64,000 bases of DNA from positions 433,992-497,991 of the forward strand of contig JBBCGK010000001.1 in NCBI GenBank assembly GCA_037200965.1, given 5' to 3'. The stretch comes from a bacterium (lineage in GTDB: Bacteria; Patescibacteriota; Minisyncoccia; Phycocordibacterales; Phycocordibacteraceae). Made by a program: the position numbers and the translations under genes. Below the pieces are notes generated by a model. That model was not told where the DNA came from, searched no databases, and saw only the letters and a list, made by a program, of their open reading frames with translations. Of this stretch, positions 29,732 to 39,948 are shown in pieces; within the stretch, counting starts at the first letter, position 1, and the number at the start of each line of letters is the position of its first letter.

Positions 29732-31969
29732 ATGAAGAAAGCCAAGAAGAAAAATGTCGAGACGTACGAAACGCTGTTGCGGATCGCTGCGGCCATAGTA
29801 CTTCTCGCCCTTGGCGCGCTTATGGGACTTGCGGCGTTCGCGGACCTTGGCGGATCTCCTCTTGCGGGTCCAGTCGGCTCTACGATATTCGGGTTTGCGT
29901 ATCTTCTCGTCGGTATCGGCGCATTTCTTCTGCCGCTCCTTATGATTTGGCTTGGAATCTATGCGGGTTTCAGGCGTCCGCGCATCGCGCCCCTTACCGC
30001 AGCCGGTACCGCGCTCATCCTCGCTGCGGTGCTCGCTTTCGCCGGGCTGTTTTCCAAAACCGTCGGAGGCCTTGCAGGTGCTTCCCTTGGAGACGAACTT
30101 CAACAGTTCTTCGGATTTTGGGGGGCGCTTGTCCTGGTACTTGCGATAGCAGCTGCGGGGATCGTTATCGTAAGCGATGTGGCGGCCATAGTACGTGTAC
30201 TGGTAAACGCGCTCGCCGCGCTTGGCCGGGCAATCGGGAACGCGTGGCTTGCGGCGATTGCGCGCAGGCGCGAACGAAGGCTTGAGCGACAGGCGCAGGA
30301 GCTTGAAGACAACATTGCTACAGAATCTTCGGAAACGGAGGCCGAAGTGGCACCACAGGAAGTATCGGATGAGCTCGTCGAGCGAGACCCGCTCGTCACG
30401 ATGTTTAACGAAAGCCCGTCCCAAGCCCGTGCGGCGTCCCCCGGCGGCATCCCGAGCTTTGATGCCGAGTACGACGCCCCTCCCCTCTCACTCCTTGGGG
30501 GCGACAAGGGCAAGCCTGACGTAGGCGACATAAAGGCGAACGCCAATATCATCAAGCGCACGTTCCAAAATTTCGGCATTAACGTGGAGATGGACGAAGT
30601 ATCGGTTGGCCCTACCGTCACGCGCTACGCGATAAAACCGGCGGAAGGAGTGCGACTTTCAAAAATAATATCGCTCCAAAACAACCTTGAGCTTGCACTC
30701 GCCGCGCATCCCGTGCGCATCGAGGCGCCGATCCCAGGCAAGTCGCTTGTCGGTATCGAGGTCCCGAACGCCTCAAAAGCGACCGTGGGCCTCGGCGGCG
30801 TTATGGGCGCGCCGGAGTGGACCAAGAGCGCGAAGCCGCTTCTCGCGGCGCTTGGCCGTGATATCACCGGCACGCCGCACTACGTGAACATCGCGAAGAT
30901 GCCGCACGGACTTGTCGCGGGCGCGACCGGTTCCGGAAAGTCGGTTGCCATGCACGCAATCATCACTTCCCTGCTCTATCGGAACGGCCCGAACCAGCTG
31001 CGGTTCATCATGGTCGACCCGAAGCGCGTCGAGCTCACCCTCTATAACGGCATCCCCCACCTTCTCACGCCCGTCATCACCGACTCGAAGAAGGCGATCC
31101 TTGCGCTTAAGTGGGCGGCGAAGGAAATGGAACGCCGCTACAACATCCTCGAGGCCGAGACCGTGCGCGATATTGATTCCTATCACGCGACCGTCTTTGA
31201 GCCCGCAAAGAAACTTAAGGGCGAGGCGCGCCCGGAAGCGATGCCGTTCATTGTCATCGTCATCGACGAGCTCGCCGATATTATGCAGACCTATCCGCGG
31301 GAACTCGAAGCGGCTATCGTGCGCCTTGCGCAGATGAGCCGCGCCGTGGGCATCCACCTGGTCCTTTCGACACAGCGCCCTTCGGTGAATGTCATCACCG
31401 GCCTCATCAAGGCGAACGTGCCAACGCGTATGGCGCTTCAGGTGGCCTCGCAGATCGATTCGCGCACCATTCTCGACTCGGGCGGCGCCGAAATGCTTCT
31501 TGGCGCCGGGGACATGCTCTATCTCTCGGCCGATATGCAAAAGCCGGTACGCATCCAGACCGCCTATATAGGAGAGGGTGAAGTGAAGAAGGTGGTGCAG
31601 TATATAAAAAAGAACAATGCGGGCGATCTTTCTTCGCTTGACCTTGGAGGTACAGGCGGCGCATCTGAAGGCCCGAATGACGCGATCCTCATGGCGGGAG
31701 AAGATGACGACGTGGACGACGACCTCTACACACAGGCAAAGGCAGCGGTCGAAGAAGCGGGCCGGGCTTCCACGTCGTACCTGCAGCGCAAGCTCCGCAT
31801 CGGATATTCCCGCGCGGCCCGCCTCATGGATCTCCTTGAGGCCAAGGGGGTCATCGGCACTGCCGATGGCAGTAAGCCCCGAGAGGTGCTCACGGCAGCG
31901 GGAGCCGCGGCAGCCGCGTCTTCCGCCGATCTCTCCCCTTCCGAAGATGAAGAACCGTCAGTCTTCTAG
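29732..31969 (+). CDS. ftsK: DNA translocase FtsK/SpoIIIE
   Basis: N-terminal TM segments, motor domain GATGSGKS...VDPKRVEL, C-terminal gamma wHTH (...YLQRKLRIGYSRAARLMDLLE...). Confidence 0.9.
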   Translation: MKKAKKKNVETYETLLRIAAAIVLLALGALMGLAAFADLGGSPLAGPVGSTIFGFAYLLVGIGAFLLPLLMIWLGIYAGFRRPRIAPLTAAGTALILAAVLAFAGLFSKTVGGLAGASLGDELQQFFGFWGALVLVLAIAAAGIVIVSDVAAIVRVLVNALAALGRAIGNAWLAAIARRRERRLERQAQELEDNIATESSETEAEVAPQEVSDELVERDPLVTMFNESPSQARAASPGGIPSFDAEYDAPPLSLLGGDKGKPDVGDIKANANIIKRTFQNFGINVEMDEVSVGPTVTRYAIKPAEGVRLSKIISLQNNLELALAAHPVRIEAPIPGKSLVGIEVPNASKATVGLGGVMGAPEWTKSAKPLLAALGRDITGTPHYVNIAKMPHGLVAGATGSGKSVAMHAIITSLLYRNGPNQLRFIMVDPKRVELTLYNGIPHLLTPVITDSKKAILALKWAAKEMERRYNILEAETVRDIDSYHATVFEPAKKLKGEARPEAMPFIVIVIDELADIMQTYPRELEAAIVRLAQMSRAVGIHLVLSTQRPSVNVITGLIKANVPTRMALQVASQIDSRTILDSGGAEMLLGAGDMLYLSADMQKPVRIQTAYIGEGEVKKVVQYIKKNNAGDLSSLDLGGTGGASEGPNDAILMAGEDDDVDDDLYTQAKAAVEEAGRASTSYLQRKLRIGYSRAARLMDLLEAKGVIGTADGSKPREVLTAAGAAAAASSADLSPSEDEEPSVF

Positions 31970-31984
31970 GGCGCCGAAGACGCC

Positions 31985-32311
31985 ATGCTAGTCCGTATAG
32001 CTATCCCCCTGGTACTTCTCGCCATTCTTGGCTTCGGGGTCGTGAAAGGACTGCCGCTTGTCCTCGGGCCCCGCATCGTCCTTTCTTCCCCCGCAGACGG
32101 GGCCGTTATTCCCGACGGATTCCTCGTGGTCTCCGGCACCGCGTACCGGATCGACTCGCTCACCCTCAACGGCGCAAAGATTCTCCCGGAGGCCAGCGGG
32201 CACTTCGAGAAGCTCCTGGTACTCCCTTCGGGGCATACTATACTGTCCCTGACCGCCGCCGACCGCTTCGGGAGGTCCACGATCCTTCGCCGCACGGTCG
32301 TCGTTCCGTAG
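31985..32311 (+). CDS. Hypothetical small membrane-anchored protein
   Basis: 108 aa, N-terminal TM. Confidence 0.4.
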   Translation: MLVRIAIPLVLLAILGFGVVKGLPLVLGPRIVLSSPADGAVIPDGFLVVSGTAYRIDSLTLNGAKILPEASGHFEKLLVLPSGHTILSLTAADRFGRSTILRRTVVVP

Positions 32312-32361
32312 TCCTTTGTTTCAGATTTATTTCATAACTTACCCGTTAGCCTTACGAAACC

Positions 32362-33411
32362 ATGGCCGCCAAGAAATCCGCAAAGACCGCAGAAAAAGAA
32401 AATCAGGCCGAAGGGGCCGCGCCTCAGTCCGACAAGCAGAAGTCTATCGACCGTGCGATCAAGGAAATCCAGACCAAGTTCGGCGATGAGGCCATCATGA
32501 CGTATGGCTCCACTTCCCCGGCAAAAATCGCATTCGTTCCGACGGGCTCGATCGGGCTCGACGCGGCGCTCGGGATCGGCGGGCTTCCCCGCGGCCGCAT
32601 CATCGAAATATACGGGCCAGAATCCTCAGGCAAGACGACGCTTGCGCTCCATGTGATAAGCGAAGCACAGAAGCTTGGCGGCATCTGCGCGTTCGTCGAC
32701 GCCGAACATGCGCTTGATCCGGAATACGCACGCAGGATCGGCGTACGGCTCCAAGAGCTTTTGATATCGCAGCCGGATACCGGCGAACAGGCGCTCGAGA
32801 TCGTCGAGAGCCTCGTGCGCGCCGGCTCGGTCGACGTGATCGTGGTCGACTCGGTCGCCGCGCTTACCCCGAAAGACGAGATCGAGGGCGACATGGGACA
32901 GGCCCAGATGGGCAAGCAGGCCAGACTCATGTCCCAGGCGCTCAGGAAGCTCACGGCCATCACCGCGAAGTCGAAGACCATCATCATTTTCATCAACCAG
33001 ATCCGCATGCAGCTCGGCGTGATGTTCGGGAATCCCGAGACGACGACCGGCGGCAAAGCCCTCAAGTTCTATACTTCCGTGCGCCTCGACATCAGGCGCA
33101 TCGCATCCATCAAGAAGGGCGAAGAAGTTGTCGGCGGGAGGGTGCGGGTGAAGGTGGTGAAGAACAAGGTGGCGGCGCCCTTTAAGACCACCGAGTTCGA
33201 TCTCCTCTATAACGAAGGCATCAGCCGCGAAGGCGAGCTTATCGCGCTTGGTGAGAAGTATGAGCTCGTGCAGAAATCAGGCAATACGTACAAATTCGGC
33301 GAACAGAAGCTTGCCGTCGGGTACGATGCTTCGCGCACCTTCCTCAGGGAGAACAAGGCTATCGCGAACGATCTTCTGAAGCAGATCAGAGCGAAGCTTG
33401 CGGAGGGGTAA
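32362..33411 (+). CDS. recA: Recombinase RecA
   Basis: GPESSGKTT Walker A, ...[22 protein letters not shown]... L2 region. Confidence 0.95.
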   Translation: MAAKKSAKTAEKENQAEGAAPQSDKQKSIDRAIKEIQTKFGDEAIMTYGSTSPAKIAFVPTGSIGLDAALGIGGLPRGRIIEIYGPESSGKTTLALHVISEAQKLGGICAFVDAEHALDPEYARRIGVRLQELLISQPDTGEQALEIVESLVRAGSVDVIVVDSVAALTPKDEIEGDMGQAQMGKQARLMSQALRKLTAITAKSKTIIIFINQIRMQLGVMFGNPETTTGGKALKFYTSVRLDIRRIASIKKGEEVVGGRVRVKVVKNKVAAPFKTTEFDLLYNEGISREGELIALGEKYELVQKSGNTYKFGEQKLAVGYDASRTFLRENKAIANDLLKQIRAKLAEG

Positions 33412-33417
33412 ATTCTT

Positions 33418-34158
33418 ATGAGGGAAGGATACGTCGCTCCGAAGCAATCAGGTGAGACATCGCCTGAAATGCGGATTACCGCTTGTATCGGAGCAAAGGC
33501 GGATTTCGACCCGTACACACGAGCAGATATACACGATTTGGACGCCATCCCCGTCGACTATTACGGGAACACAAAAAAATGGAACCGCTTCAATCAACTT
33601 AATGGAGGCGAGGGTACCTATGTAATTTCGGCCATCGATGCAAGCAATAAGGAATCGAAAGATTATCTCGACTGTACCGGTCTTGCCGCCGTAGGCACGG
33701 ATAAGAGATCTGGTGAAACTGTTTCGCTTTTGACTCATCAAGACCCCAAACAGATCGTACAAGAACACCGCGATCGGTACATTGTCGATATGACATCGCG
33801 TTTAATGGAATTGCATGACAACTGCTCCCCTCATTCAATCGATGTGATGCTTTTTGGTGGAGCGGCAAGGAATTCCGAAGATATGAAAGGGTACCGAGAA
33901 TCAATTATGCTTCTAAGGAAACTGTGCGAAAAGACCCTAGGCATCGATCCGCATGTCGTAGTAGGACCGAACAATCCTGATTTTAATCAATGGGATTGGG
34001 AGGTTGGAGCGGTACTCGATACCAAGCATCGGCGACTTTATATTACTCGAGCGCCACAAGATACAGTTCGTGATGCCGAAACTAGTTTTGGATTCAAAGC
34101 TTCTGAACTCGAAAACGTCGAGAGGCGGTGGCGAAACCCTTCCAACGGAAAAACTTAA
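33418..34158 (+). CDS. Hypothetical protein (246 aa) immediately downstream of recA
   Basis: 7-nt spacing after recA; slightly lower GC; not RecX-like. Confidence 0.5.
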   Translation: MREGYVAPKQSGETSPEMRITACIGAKADFDPYTRADIHDLDAIPVDYYGNTKKWNRFNQLNGGEGTYVISAIDASNKESKDYLDCTGLAAVGTDKRSGETVSLLTHQDPKQIVQEHRDRYIVDMTSRLMELHDNCSPHSIDVMLFGGAARNSEDMKGYRESIMLLRKLCEKTLGIDPHVVVGPNNPDFNQWDWEVGAVLDTKHRRLYITRAPQDTVRDAETSFGFKASELENVERRWRNPSNGKT

Positions 34159-34177
34159 TGGGTATCGTTTAGAATTT

Positions 34178-34513
34178 CTAGGCTTGTACTGAAATAGCAG
34201 CAGAAAAAACAAACGCCCGCGCGGTCTCGCGCGCAAGATAGACAACCGCCACGAGCACGACGAGCGAAAGCAGCTGTACCGGCAGGCGTGTGTCAAGAAA
34301 TGCAGAGACCCAGAAGTGCATAAAGGCGTTTATATGCGCGAGCGACGGCGCGTTCGCAAATACCTTCGCCACCCACACTTCCCTGCCGATGCCGTAGAGC
34401 GCGAATGCGGCAAGAATAAGTGCCCCGGTCTCGAGGCTCAGGGCCATGCGCGAAGCGCGTATGATGCGCACCCGGCGCATCACGGTTTTCTGGATCGCAG
34501 AGGTTGGTTCCAT
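34178..34513 (-). CDS. Small membrane protein, possible anti-sigma factor
   Basis: 111 aa with TM helices directly downstream of the ECF sigma gene. Confidence 0.35.
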   Translation of the reverse strand: MEPTSAIQKTVMRRVRIIRASRMALSLETGALILAAFALYGIGREVWVAKVFANAPSLAHINAFMHFWVSAFLDTRLPVQLLSLVVLVAVVYLARETARAFVFSAAISVQA

Positions 34514-34526
34514 ACGGAAAAGATAA

Positions 34527-35111
34527 CTAGCGCTGCTTGTTAAAAGTTTCCCTGAAAAGCTTCTTCGCCCGGTGTACCCGCGTCTTCACGGCCGAGACGC
34601 TCGCGCCTTCTATTCGCGCCATTTCCTCTTGGTTTTTTCCTTCAAGGAATTGGAGTCTCAAAAGCCTTGCGGCGGACTCCGGAAGCTTCGCGAGCGCCTG
34701 GAGCACCTCGTCCCTAGCGGTAAGGTCAGCAACGAAATCCTCGCGGTCGGCGATGCGCTCGAAGCTTTCGGGCTCTAACTCGGTGCGCACGCCCCGCTCG
34801 GCTTTCAGTTTCTGATACTTGGTATAGGCGACCCGGTTGAGGATGGCATACGCCCAGGAAGAGAAGCTCGCGCCCTCCTGGGCCTCATAGCGGTCGGCGT
34901 AGAGGTATATGCGGGTGAAGGCGTCCTGCACCGCCTCTTCCGCGTCCTCGTCGCTCCGGAGTATCGCTTTGGCCCGCCGGAGCAGGGGTGCCTCGTAGCG
35001 GGCGACGAGGATGGCGAAATGCTCGGGAGAACTTCGGGAAAGGACGAGTATCTCGGCGTCGGGAAGCTCGGGGGCCGCCTCTCTTGAAAAGCTCATAATA
35101 GCCTGTATCAT
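34527..35111 (-). CDS. RNA polymerase sigma-70 factor, ECF subfamily
   Basis: Region 2 (...FTRIYLYADRY...SSWAYAILNR...) and region 4 HTH (...MARIEGASVSAVKTRVHRAKK...). Confidence 0.85.
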   Translation of the reverse strand: MIQAIMSFSREAAPELPDAEILVLSRSSPEHFAILVARYEAPLLRRAKAILRSDEDAEEAVQDAFTRIYLYADRYEAQEGASFSSWAYAILNRVAYTKYQKLKAERGVRTELEPESFERIADREDFVADLTARDEVLQALAKLPESAARLLRLQFLEGKNQEEMARIEGASVSAVKTRVHRAKKLFRETFNKQR

Positions 35112-35186
35112 ACGCTACATCCGCGGGTCGGACATTTTTTATAACCGCCCTTCCCCGCCGTTAGTTTCAAGCACTAATCAATCCCT

Positions 35187-35762
35187 ATGGCAGTACTCAG
35201 CTACAACGAGATAGTCCCGAAGGTCGTGATCGAATACGAAGGCGCTCCGTACGAGGTGCTCTCCTCGCACGTGTTCCGCATGCAGATGAGGAAGCCCGTG
35301 AACCAGACCAAGCTCCGAAGCATGCTCACGGGCAAGGTCACCGAGATATCCTTTCACCAGAGCGAAACGGTCAAGGAAGCCGATATCTCGACTATGGAAG
35401 CGAACTATCTCTATACCAACCGCGGCCAGTCGTGGTTTGCCGAAACCGGCAACGCGAAGAACCGTTTCTTTTTCGAGGAGGACGCCGTATCTGACAAGGT
35501 GAAATACCTGGTCCCAAATTCGGAAGTCGAGATATTCCAATACGAGGGCAAGCAGGTCTCCGTGAAGATTCCGGTCAAGATCGATCTTAAAGTCACCGAC
35601 GCTCCCCCGGCCGTCAAAGGAAACACCGCCCAGGGCGGCAGCAAGCTCGTCACGCTTGAGAGCGGGGCGACCGTAAACGTTCCGCTCTTCATAAACGAGG
35701 GGGATATCCTCCGCCTCAACACGGACACGGGCGAATACGTGGAACGGGTCGAGAAAGCGTAA
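35187..35762 (+). CDS. efp: Elongation factor P
   Basis: 191 aa with the three-domain EF-P pattern (KPGKG-like region ...QMRKPVNQTKL...). Confidence 0.85.
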   Translation: MAVLSYNEIVPKVVIEYEGAPYEVLSSHVFRMQMRKPVNQTKLRSMLTGKVTEISFHQSETVKEADISTMEANYLYTNRGQSWFAETGNAKNRFFFEEDAVSDKVKYLVPNSEVEIFQYEGKQVSVKIPVKIDLKVTDAPPAVKGNTAQGGSKLVTLESGATVNVPLFINEGDILRLNTDTGEYVERVEKA

Positions 35763-35766
35763 AGCG

Positions 35767-35797
35767 AAATGGCGGGACCCCGGGGTCCCGCCATTTA
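35767..35797. terminator. Rho-independent terminator after efp
   Basis: aaatggcgggacccc/ggggtcccgccattt palindrome. Confidence 0.65.
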
Positions 35798-35817
35798 CTG
35801 CAGCTCCGTTTCTTCGA

Positions 35818-36369
35818 TCATCGTGACCTCCGGCCGGTCCGAACGGTCACGGAAGAGTCCGAAGCGACGAACGTCAGTCCGTCAGGCGTAAGCGCGTAGG
35901 GAAGGAGGAAATATGATTTTCCCTGCGGTACGCCATATTCGCCTTCCCGTCCGAACCATTGCGAGCGAATACCAAAGACGGTGAAAACCCGCGCGACCGC
36001 GATTACGCGGCACGCTCCCGCGCCGGAGATCGCGACAAATCGCGCTCTTGCTACGCGTAGCGATACCGCATGCTCGAGCCTCTGCGTCATGTCGTGCCGA
36101 GCTACCGCTTGAACGACTGGTTCCGGCCATTTCAAACATTCAGCCGCTTTCACGCTTGCCGCCCGAATCTCGGCTACAGTCAATCGCCCGCCGACCGCTG
36201 ACGGGCGATCATACAGGTCGACAGACCAATCAAGCGCCATGATGAACATCATCCCGAGCGTGAATATGATGCTCGACCTCGGGATTGCCGCCTCTACTTC
36301 GGCAAGCAGTCTTTGCAACGTTTTGAGCCCAAGCACCGCAGCGCGCCGAGGCCAGGTTTGAATCCGCAT
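35818..36369 (-). CDS. Hypothetical membrane protein
   Basis: 183-aa ORF; no motif. Confidence 0.35.
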   Translation of the reverse strand: MRIQTWPRRAAVLGLKTLQRLLAEVEAAIPRSSIIFTLGMMFIMALDWSVDLYDRPSAVGGRLTVAEIRAASVKAAECLKWPEPVVQAVARHDMTQRLEHAVSLRVARARFVAISGAGACRVIAVARVFTVFGIRSQWFGREGEYGVPQGKSYFLLPYALTPDGLTFVASDSSVTVRTGRRSR

Positions 36370-36454
36370 CGCTTTCGGGCCTCGTTAAGGTACGGGCGGC
36401 ACCCCGTGTGCCGCCGCTTCCTGAAGCGGAGAGTGCCACAGCAAAAATGTAAAC

Positions 36455-36482
36455 GCAAGAAGGCGGTAAAAACCGCCTTCTT
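36455..36482 (-). terminator. Terminator of the rpsF-ssb-rpsR operon
   Basis: aagaaggcgg-taaaaa-ccgccttctt hairpin followed by a T-run on the minus strand. Confidence 0.55.
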
Positions 36483-36501
36483 GTAGTTTGCCTAACGAGA
36501 A

Positions 36502-36708
36502 TTACGCCGCGAGGTACGGCATGAGGGCCATGTAGCGGGCGCGCTTTATCGCCTGCGTGATATCGCGCTGCTTTCCGGCCGGAAGTCCGGTGCGCTTTCT
36601 GGGGAGCATCTTCGCGTGCGGGCTCGTGAACTGGCGAAGATATTCCACATCCTTGTAATCGATGTGCTTCTTAAGCTCTACCTCTTCCCGTTCGGATTGA
36701 TATGCCAT
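36502..36708 (-). CDS. rpsR: Ribosomal protein S18
   Basis: ...YKDVEYLRQFTSPHAKMLPRKRTGL...KRARYMALMPY. Confidence 0.9.
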   Translation of the reverse strand: MAYQSEREEVELKKHIDYKDVEYLRQFTSPHAKMLPRKRTGLPAGKQRDITQAIKRARYMALMPYLAA

Positions 36709-36718
36709 AGGTGATTAT

Positions 36719-37168
36719 TTAAAACGGAATGTCTTCCGGGTTGATGTCTTCGTCCGGGTACTGGATCTCGTCGGCGGGCGCGCCCTTGTCCTGGCTTCCC
36801 TCTCCCGCGCCCTCCTGGCCGCGGGTACCTCCGCCCATTCCGGCACCCGCAGGACCGAACTGGAAGTTCTCGACGACGATCTCGGAGCGGTACTTCTTCT
36901 GCCCTTCGCTCTCCCAGGAACGGGTCTGCATGCGGCCTTCGACGAAGATCGCCTTGCCTTTCTTCATGTACTGGCCGATAACTTCCGCCTGGCGGCCGAA
37001 CGCCACGATGTTATGGAACTCGGTCGACTCCTGCTTCGCCCCCTCCTTGTTCTTGTATGTACGGTTGGTCGCGATCGAAAACGACGCGACTTGCTGGCCC
37101 GAAGGGAGCGCGCGGAGTTCCGGATCGCGGGTGAGGTTGCCGTAGACGAAAGCTTTGTTGAGATACAT
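36719..37168 (-). CDS. ssb: Single-stranded DNA-binding protein
   Basis: OB-fold N-terminus (NKAFVYGNLTRDPELR), Gly-rich linker, acidic tail ending DIPF. Confidence 0.9.
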   Translation of the reverse strand: MYLNKAFVYGNLTRDPELRALPSGQQVASFSIATNRTYKNKEGAKQESTEFHNIVAFGRQAEVIGQYMKKGKAIFVEGRMQTRSWESEGQKKYRSEIVVENFQFGPAGAGMGGGTRGQEGAGEGSQDKGAPADEIQYPDEDINPEDIPF

Positions 37169-37180
37169 CTGGGTAAGGTA

Positions 37181-37669
37181 TTAGACGGTCGTAGCCGTTT
37201 CAAGCGCCGCGTCGAGCTCGACTTCGGAGATGCCCTCCTCCTTTTGCGGAACCTGCATGCGGATAGAGCGCAGATCGGCCGCATGACGAGCGGCCTCACG
37301 GTCAGTCTTCACATCGATAAAGCGAATGATGCGCTTCTCTTCCCCCGCTTTCGAGATAACTGCAGCATGTCCTTCGCCTTTCGCTTCATATGCGATCCAT
37401 GCGAAGAACGCGCTGTTGAAGTCGCGGCGTCCGCCTACATCGCTTCTTGAGATGGTGTACGCGAGCGGGATACTTTCCGGCTCTCCCTCGGCAACGATCT
37501 CGCCTGCGGCTTCTGCCGCATCGCGGATGCCCTGATAGACCTTCTTCACTTCCTCGCTTGGAAGCTCGGGGTCGATATGGAAACCAAGCTCGTATACGCG
37601 GGCCTCGCCATCATCGATGTCGGCGTCGAATTCCGCGCTCTCCGCTGCCTGATCCTTCTTCTTGGCCAT
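37181..37669 (-). CDS. rpsF: Ribosomal protein S6 (with acidic N-terminal extension)
   Basis: ...RVYELGFHIDPEL...FFAWIAYEAKGE... S6 fold; first gene of the rpsF-ssb-rpsR operon. Confidence 0.8.
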   Translation of the reverse strand: MAKKKDQAAESAEFDADIDDGEARVYELGFHIDPELPSEEVKKVYQGIRDAAEAAGEIVAEGEPESIPLAYTISRSDVGGRRDFNSAFFAWIAYEAKGEGHAAVISKAGEEKRIIRFIDVKTDREAARHAADLRSIRMQVPQKEEGISEVELDAALETATTV

Positions 37670-37726
37670 AATAGGGGCATCCTAGCACGCTGCCCTACCC
37701 CTCGCAAGGCAGCTTTAAAGCGTAAA

Positions 37727-38524
37727 TCAGGCGAGCTTAAAGATCCGCCTGGCGTTTATAAGAAGCGCTTCGCGGACAGTTTCGACTTCCTCCCCGCGGA
37801 TGCGGGCGATGGCGGAGACGACATCCATGACGGCCAAAGGATCGTTCCTCTTCCCCCTGCGGGATGAGGGAGCGACGTAGGGAGAATCGGTTTCGGAGAG
37901 AAGGTGCGTAAGGGGCGCGGCGCGTACCACCTCGTCATAGTCGTGGGTAAAAGTGAGCACGGCCGTATAGGACGTAGTGAAATCAAGCGCGAAGAGCTTG
38001 CGCGCCTCTTCGATGCCGCCTACGAAGAAATGTACATTTCCGGTAAGGCGGTCTCCGTGCTCGCGCTTCGCGCTTTCGAGAATATCGATGAGATCGCTAT
38101 ATGCGTCGACCGTTCCCTTGGAAGGCCGCGCATGAATCATCAGGGGCTTCCCGGTCTCGGCTGCAAGCACGACATGGCTCTCGAATACCGCTCGCTGTTT
38201 TTTCTTCGCTTCGTCGCTTGTATCAACGGGGCGGAAATAGTCTAGCCCGCACTCCCCTATCGAAACTACCTTCGGGTGCGCGGCAAGCGAGCGGAAGGCC
38301 GTCTCGTCGAATCTTTCTTCGGGCGTGTCGTTCGGATGGAGTCCGACAGAGGCGTAGAAGTCGGGACGGCTCTCCACGAGGACTATCGCCTGCTCGGAAG
38401 ACTTCCGGTCGACGCCGACAACGATGCCGCCGACCTCATTCTCCGCAAGATTCTCGAAGAGCCTTCCTCGGTCCTCGTCGAACAGGTCGAACTGGACGTG
38501 GCAATGCGCATCGAAATACTTCAT
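37727..38524 (-). CDS. tatD: TatD family metal-dependent hydrolase/DNase
   Basis: MKYFDAHCH...GECGLDY...HxR...ETDSPY motifs. Confidence 0.85.
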   Translation of the reverse strand: MKYFDAHCHVQFDLFDEDRGRLFENLAENEVGGIVVGVDRKSSEQAIVLVESRPDFYASVGLHPNDTPEERFDETAFRSLAAHPKVVSIGECGLDYFRPVDTSDEAKKKQRAVFESHVVLAAETGKPLMIHARPSKGTVDAYSDLIDILESAKREHGDRLTGNVHFFVGGIEEARKLFALDFTTSYTAVLTFTHDYDEVVRAAPLTHLLSETDSPYVAPSSRRGKRNDPLAVMDVVSAIARIRGEEVETVREALLINARRIFKLA

Positions 38525-38558
38525 GCGGTTGAACGATAGCATAAAAAGGTCTGAGTGA

Positions 38559-38594
38559 GTTGCACAACCTCCTTTTTACGAACGATCCTGCAGG
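38559..38594 (+). repeat. CRISPR-like repeat copy 1 (distal)
   Basis: Exact 36-mer, 34 bp upstream of the tatD start on the opposite strand. Confidence 0.9.
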
Positions 38595-38603
38595 TTAAAA
38601 GCC

Positions 38604-38912
38604 GTGACTGATTTTCATCGAAAGCACGGCTACGACGTGGGGACCGGGAACATGGCGGTCATGTCGCTCAGAATTGGACTACTCATAGAAGAACTGGGTG
38701 AACTCCACGCCGTGGTTTCAAAGGGTGTTGGCGACATTTCAGAGGAACACGCAGACCTCTTGTATCTACTTCTTGGAAACTGCGTCACGCTTGGTATTGA
38801 TATAGAAACTGCTTTCTTTGCAAAACATGCCATTAACATGCGGAGGGAAGCCAAGGTAGTGAGGGGGAACCGCCGTGTATCGGATTGGTCCCATGAAAAA
38901 TCTCAGGAATGA
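38604..38912 (+). CDS. MazG-like all-alpha nucleoside-triphosphate pyrophosphohydrolase
   Basis: ...RIGLLIEELGELHAVVSKG...EEHADLLYLLLGNCVTLGIDIE... EExxE/ExxD metal-binding helices. GTG/ATG start ambiguous; the reading frame is open straight through repeat 1. Confidence 0.65.
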   Translation: MTDFHRKHGYDVGTGNMAVMSLRIGLLIEELGELHAVVSKGVGDISEEHADLLYLLLGNCVTLGIDIETAFFAKHAINMRREAKVVRGNRRVSDWSHEKSQE

Positions 38913-39940
38913 AAGCTACAGTCATCATCGGTGCGCAGTATGGCAGCGAAGGAAAAGGTAAGATTGCAGCTTATCTTTCAGATGAGTTCGCTCGTGCAGT
39001 TCGAACTGGCGGGCCAAACTCGGGGCATACCGTCGAGCGCAATGGCACGTTCTATCAAGTTCGAGCGGTCCCTAGTGCCTTCGTGAACCAACAATGTCGC
39101 CTCGCGATTGGTGCCGGGGCCATAATAAACACTGCCGTACTATTAGGAGAATTAACGGCATGTGGTATTGTCGAGGGGCGTTTGATAGTTGACCCTCAGG
39201 CTGTCATAATTGATGAAGAATATCAAAATTCGGAACTAGATTTAATCAGTTCGATTTCGTCCACCGGACAAGGCGTTGGTGCAGCAATCGCAGCTAAGGT
39301 CTTACGTCGGAAAGTAACTCTCGCAAGAGACGTGCCCGAGTTGCGGCCACTGCTTGCCGATGTTGCTGGCACGATCAATTCCGAACTCCAACAAGGCCTA
39401 GCTGTAATGATTGAGGGGTCGCAAGGATTTTTCTTGAGTTTGCATCATGGTTACTATCCGTTTGTAACAGGCAGGGAAACGACCGCAAGTTCATTTTGCG
39501 CCGAAGTAGGAATCGGTCCCAAAGATGTGGGTCAAGTGATTGGAGTTCTCCGCACCCACCCGATTAGAGTTGGCGGCCCTTCGGGACCTCTTCAAGACGA
39601 AATCGATTGGCAGACCGTCACCGCCGAGTCGGGCTACCCAACACCGCTGTTAGAGATAACTACCGTTACCAAACGAATTCGACGCGTCGGGAGGTTCTCA
39701 ATGGCCGAAGCTAAACGATCTTTGATGATCAATTCGGCGACCCAAATTGCTTTAAACTTCGTCGACTACTTGGACCATGCAAACTTTGGACTTAGAAGCT
39801 ACACCGCACTGACTGCTTCAACAAAAAAATTCATCGACGCACTAGAGACACAAACGGGAGTTCCCGTTTCGCTGGTGGGCACGGGGCCCCGTAACAGCGA
39901 TATGATAGACTTACGACGCGAAAAGAACCTCCCCCATTAG
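38909..39940 (+). CDS. Adenylosuccinate synthetase family protein, short form (343 aa; PurA/PurZ-like)
   Basis: GAQYGSEGKGKI P-loop (Ser where PurA has Asp13), GGPNSGHTV, STGQGVGAA, MIEGSQGFFLSLHHGYYPFVTG, ITTVTKRIRRVGRF, GTGPRN. It is ~90 aa shorter than housekeeping PurA and overlaps the MazG-like gene by 4 nt. Confidence 0.75.
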   Translation: MKATVIIGAQYGSEGKGKIAAYLSDEFARAVRTGGPNSGHTVERNGTFYQVRAVPSAFVNQQCRLAIGAGAIINTAVLLGELTACGIVEGRLIVDPQAVIIDEEYQNSELDLISSISSTGQGVGAAIAAKVLRRKVTLARDVPELRPLLADVAGTINSELQQGLAVMIEGSQGFFLSLHHGYYPFVTGRETTASSFCAEVGIGPKDVGQVIGVLRTHPIRVGGPSGPLQDEIDWQTVTAESGYPTPLLEITTVTKRIRRVGRFSMAEAKRSLMINSATQIALNFVDYLDHANFGLRSYTALTASTKKFIDALETQTGVPVSLVGTGPRNSDMIDLRREKNLPH

Positions 39941-39948
39941 ATACCAGC

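Noticed and set aside
29669-30424. 251-aa minus-strand ORF
   Set aside because: Antisense to the ftsK N-terminal region; Arg-rich artefact.
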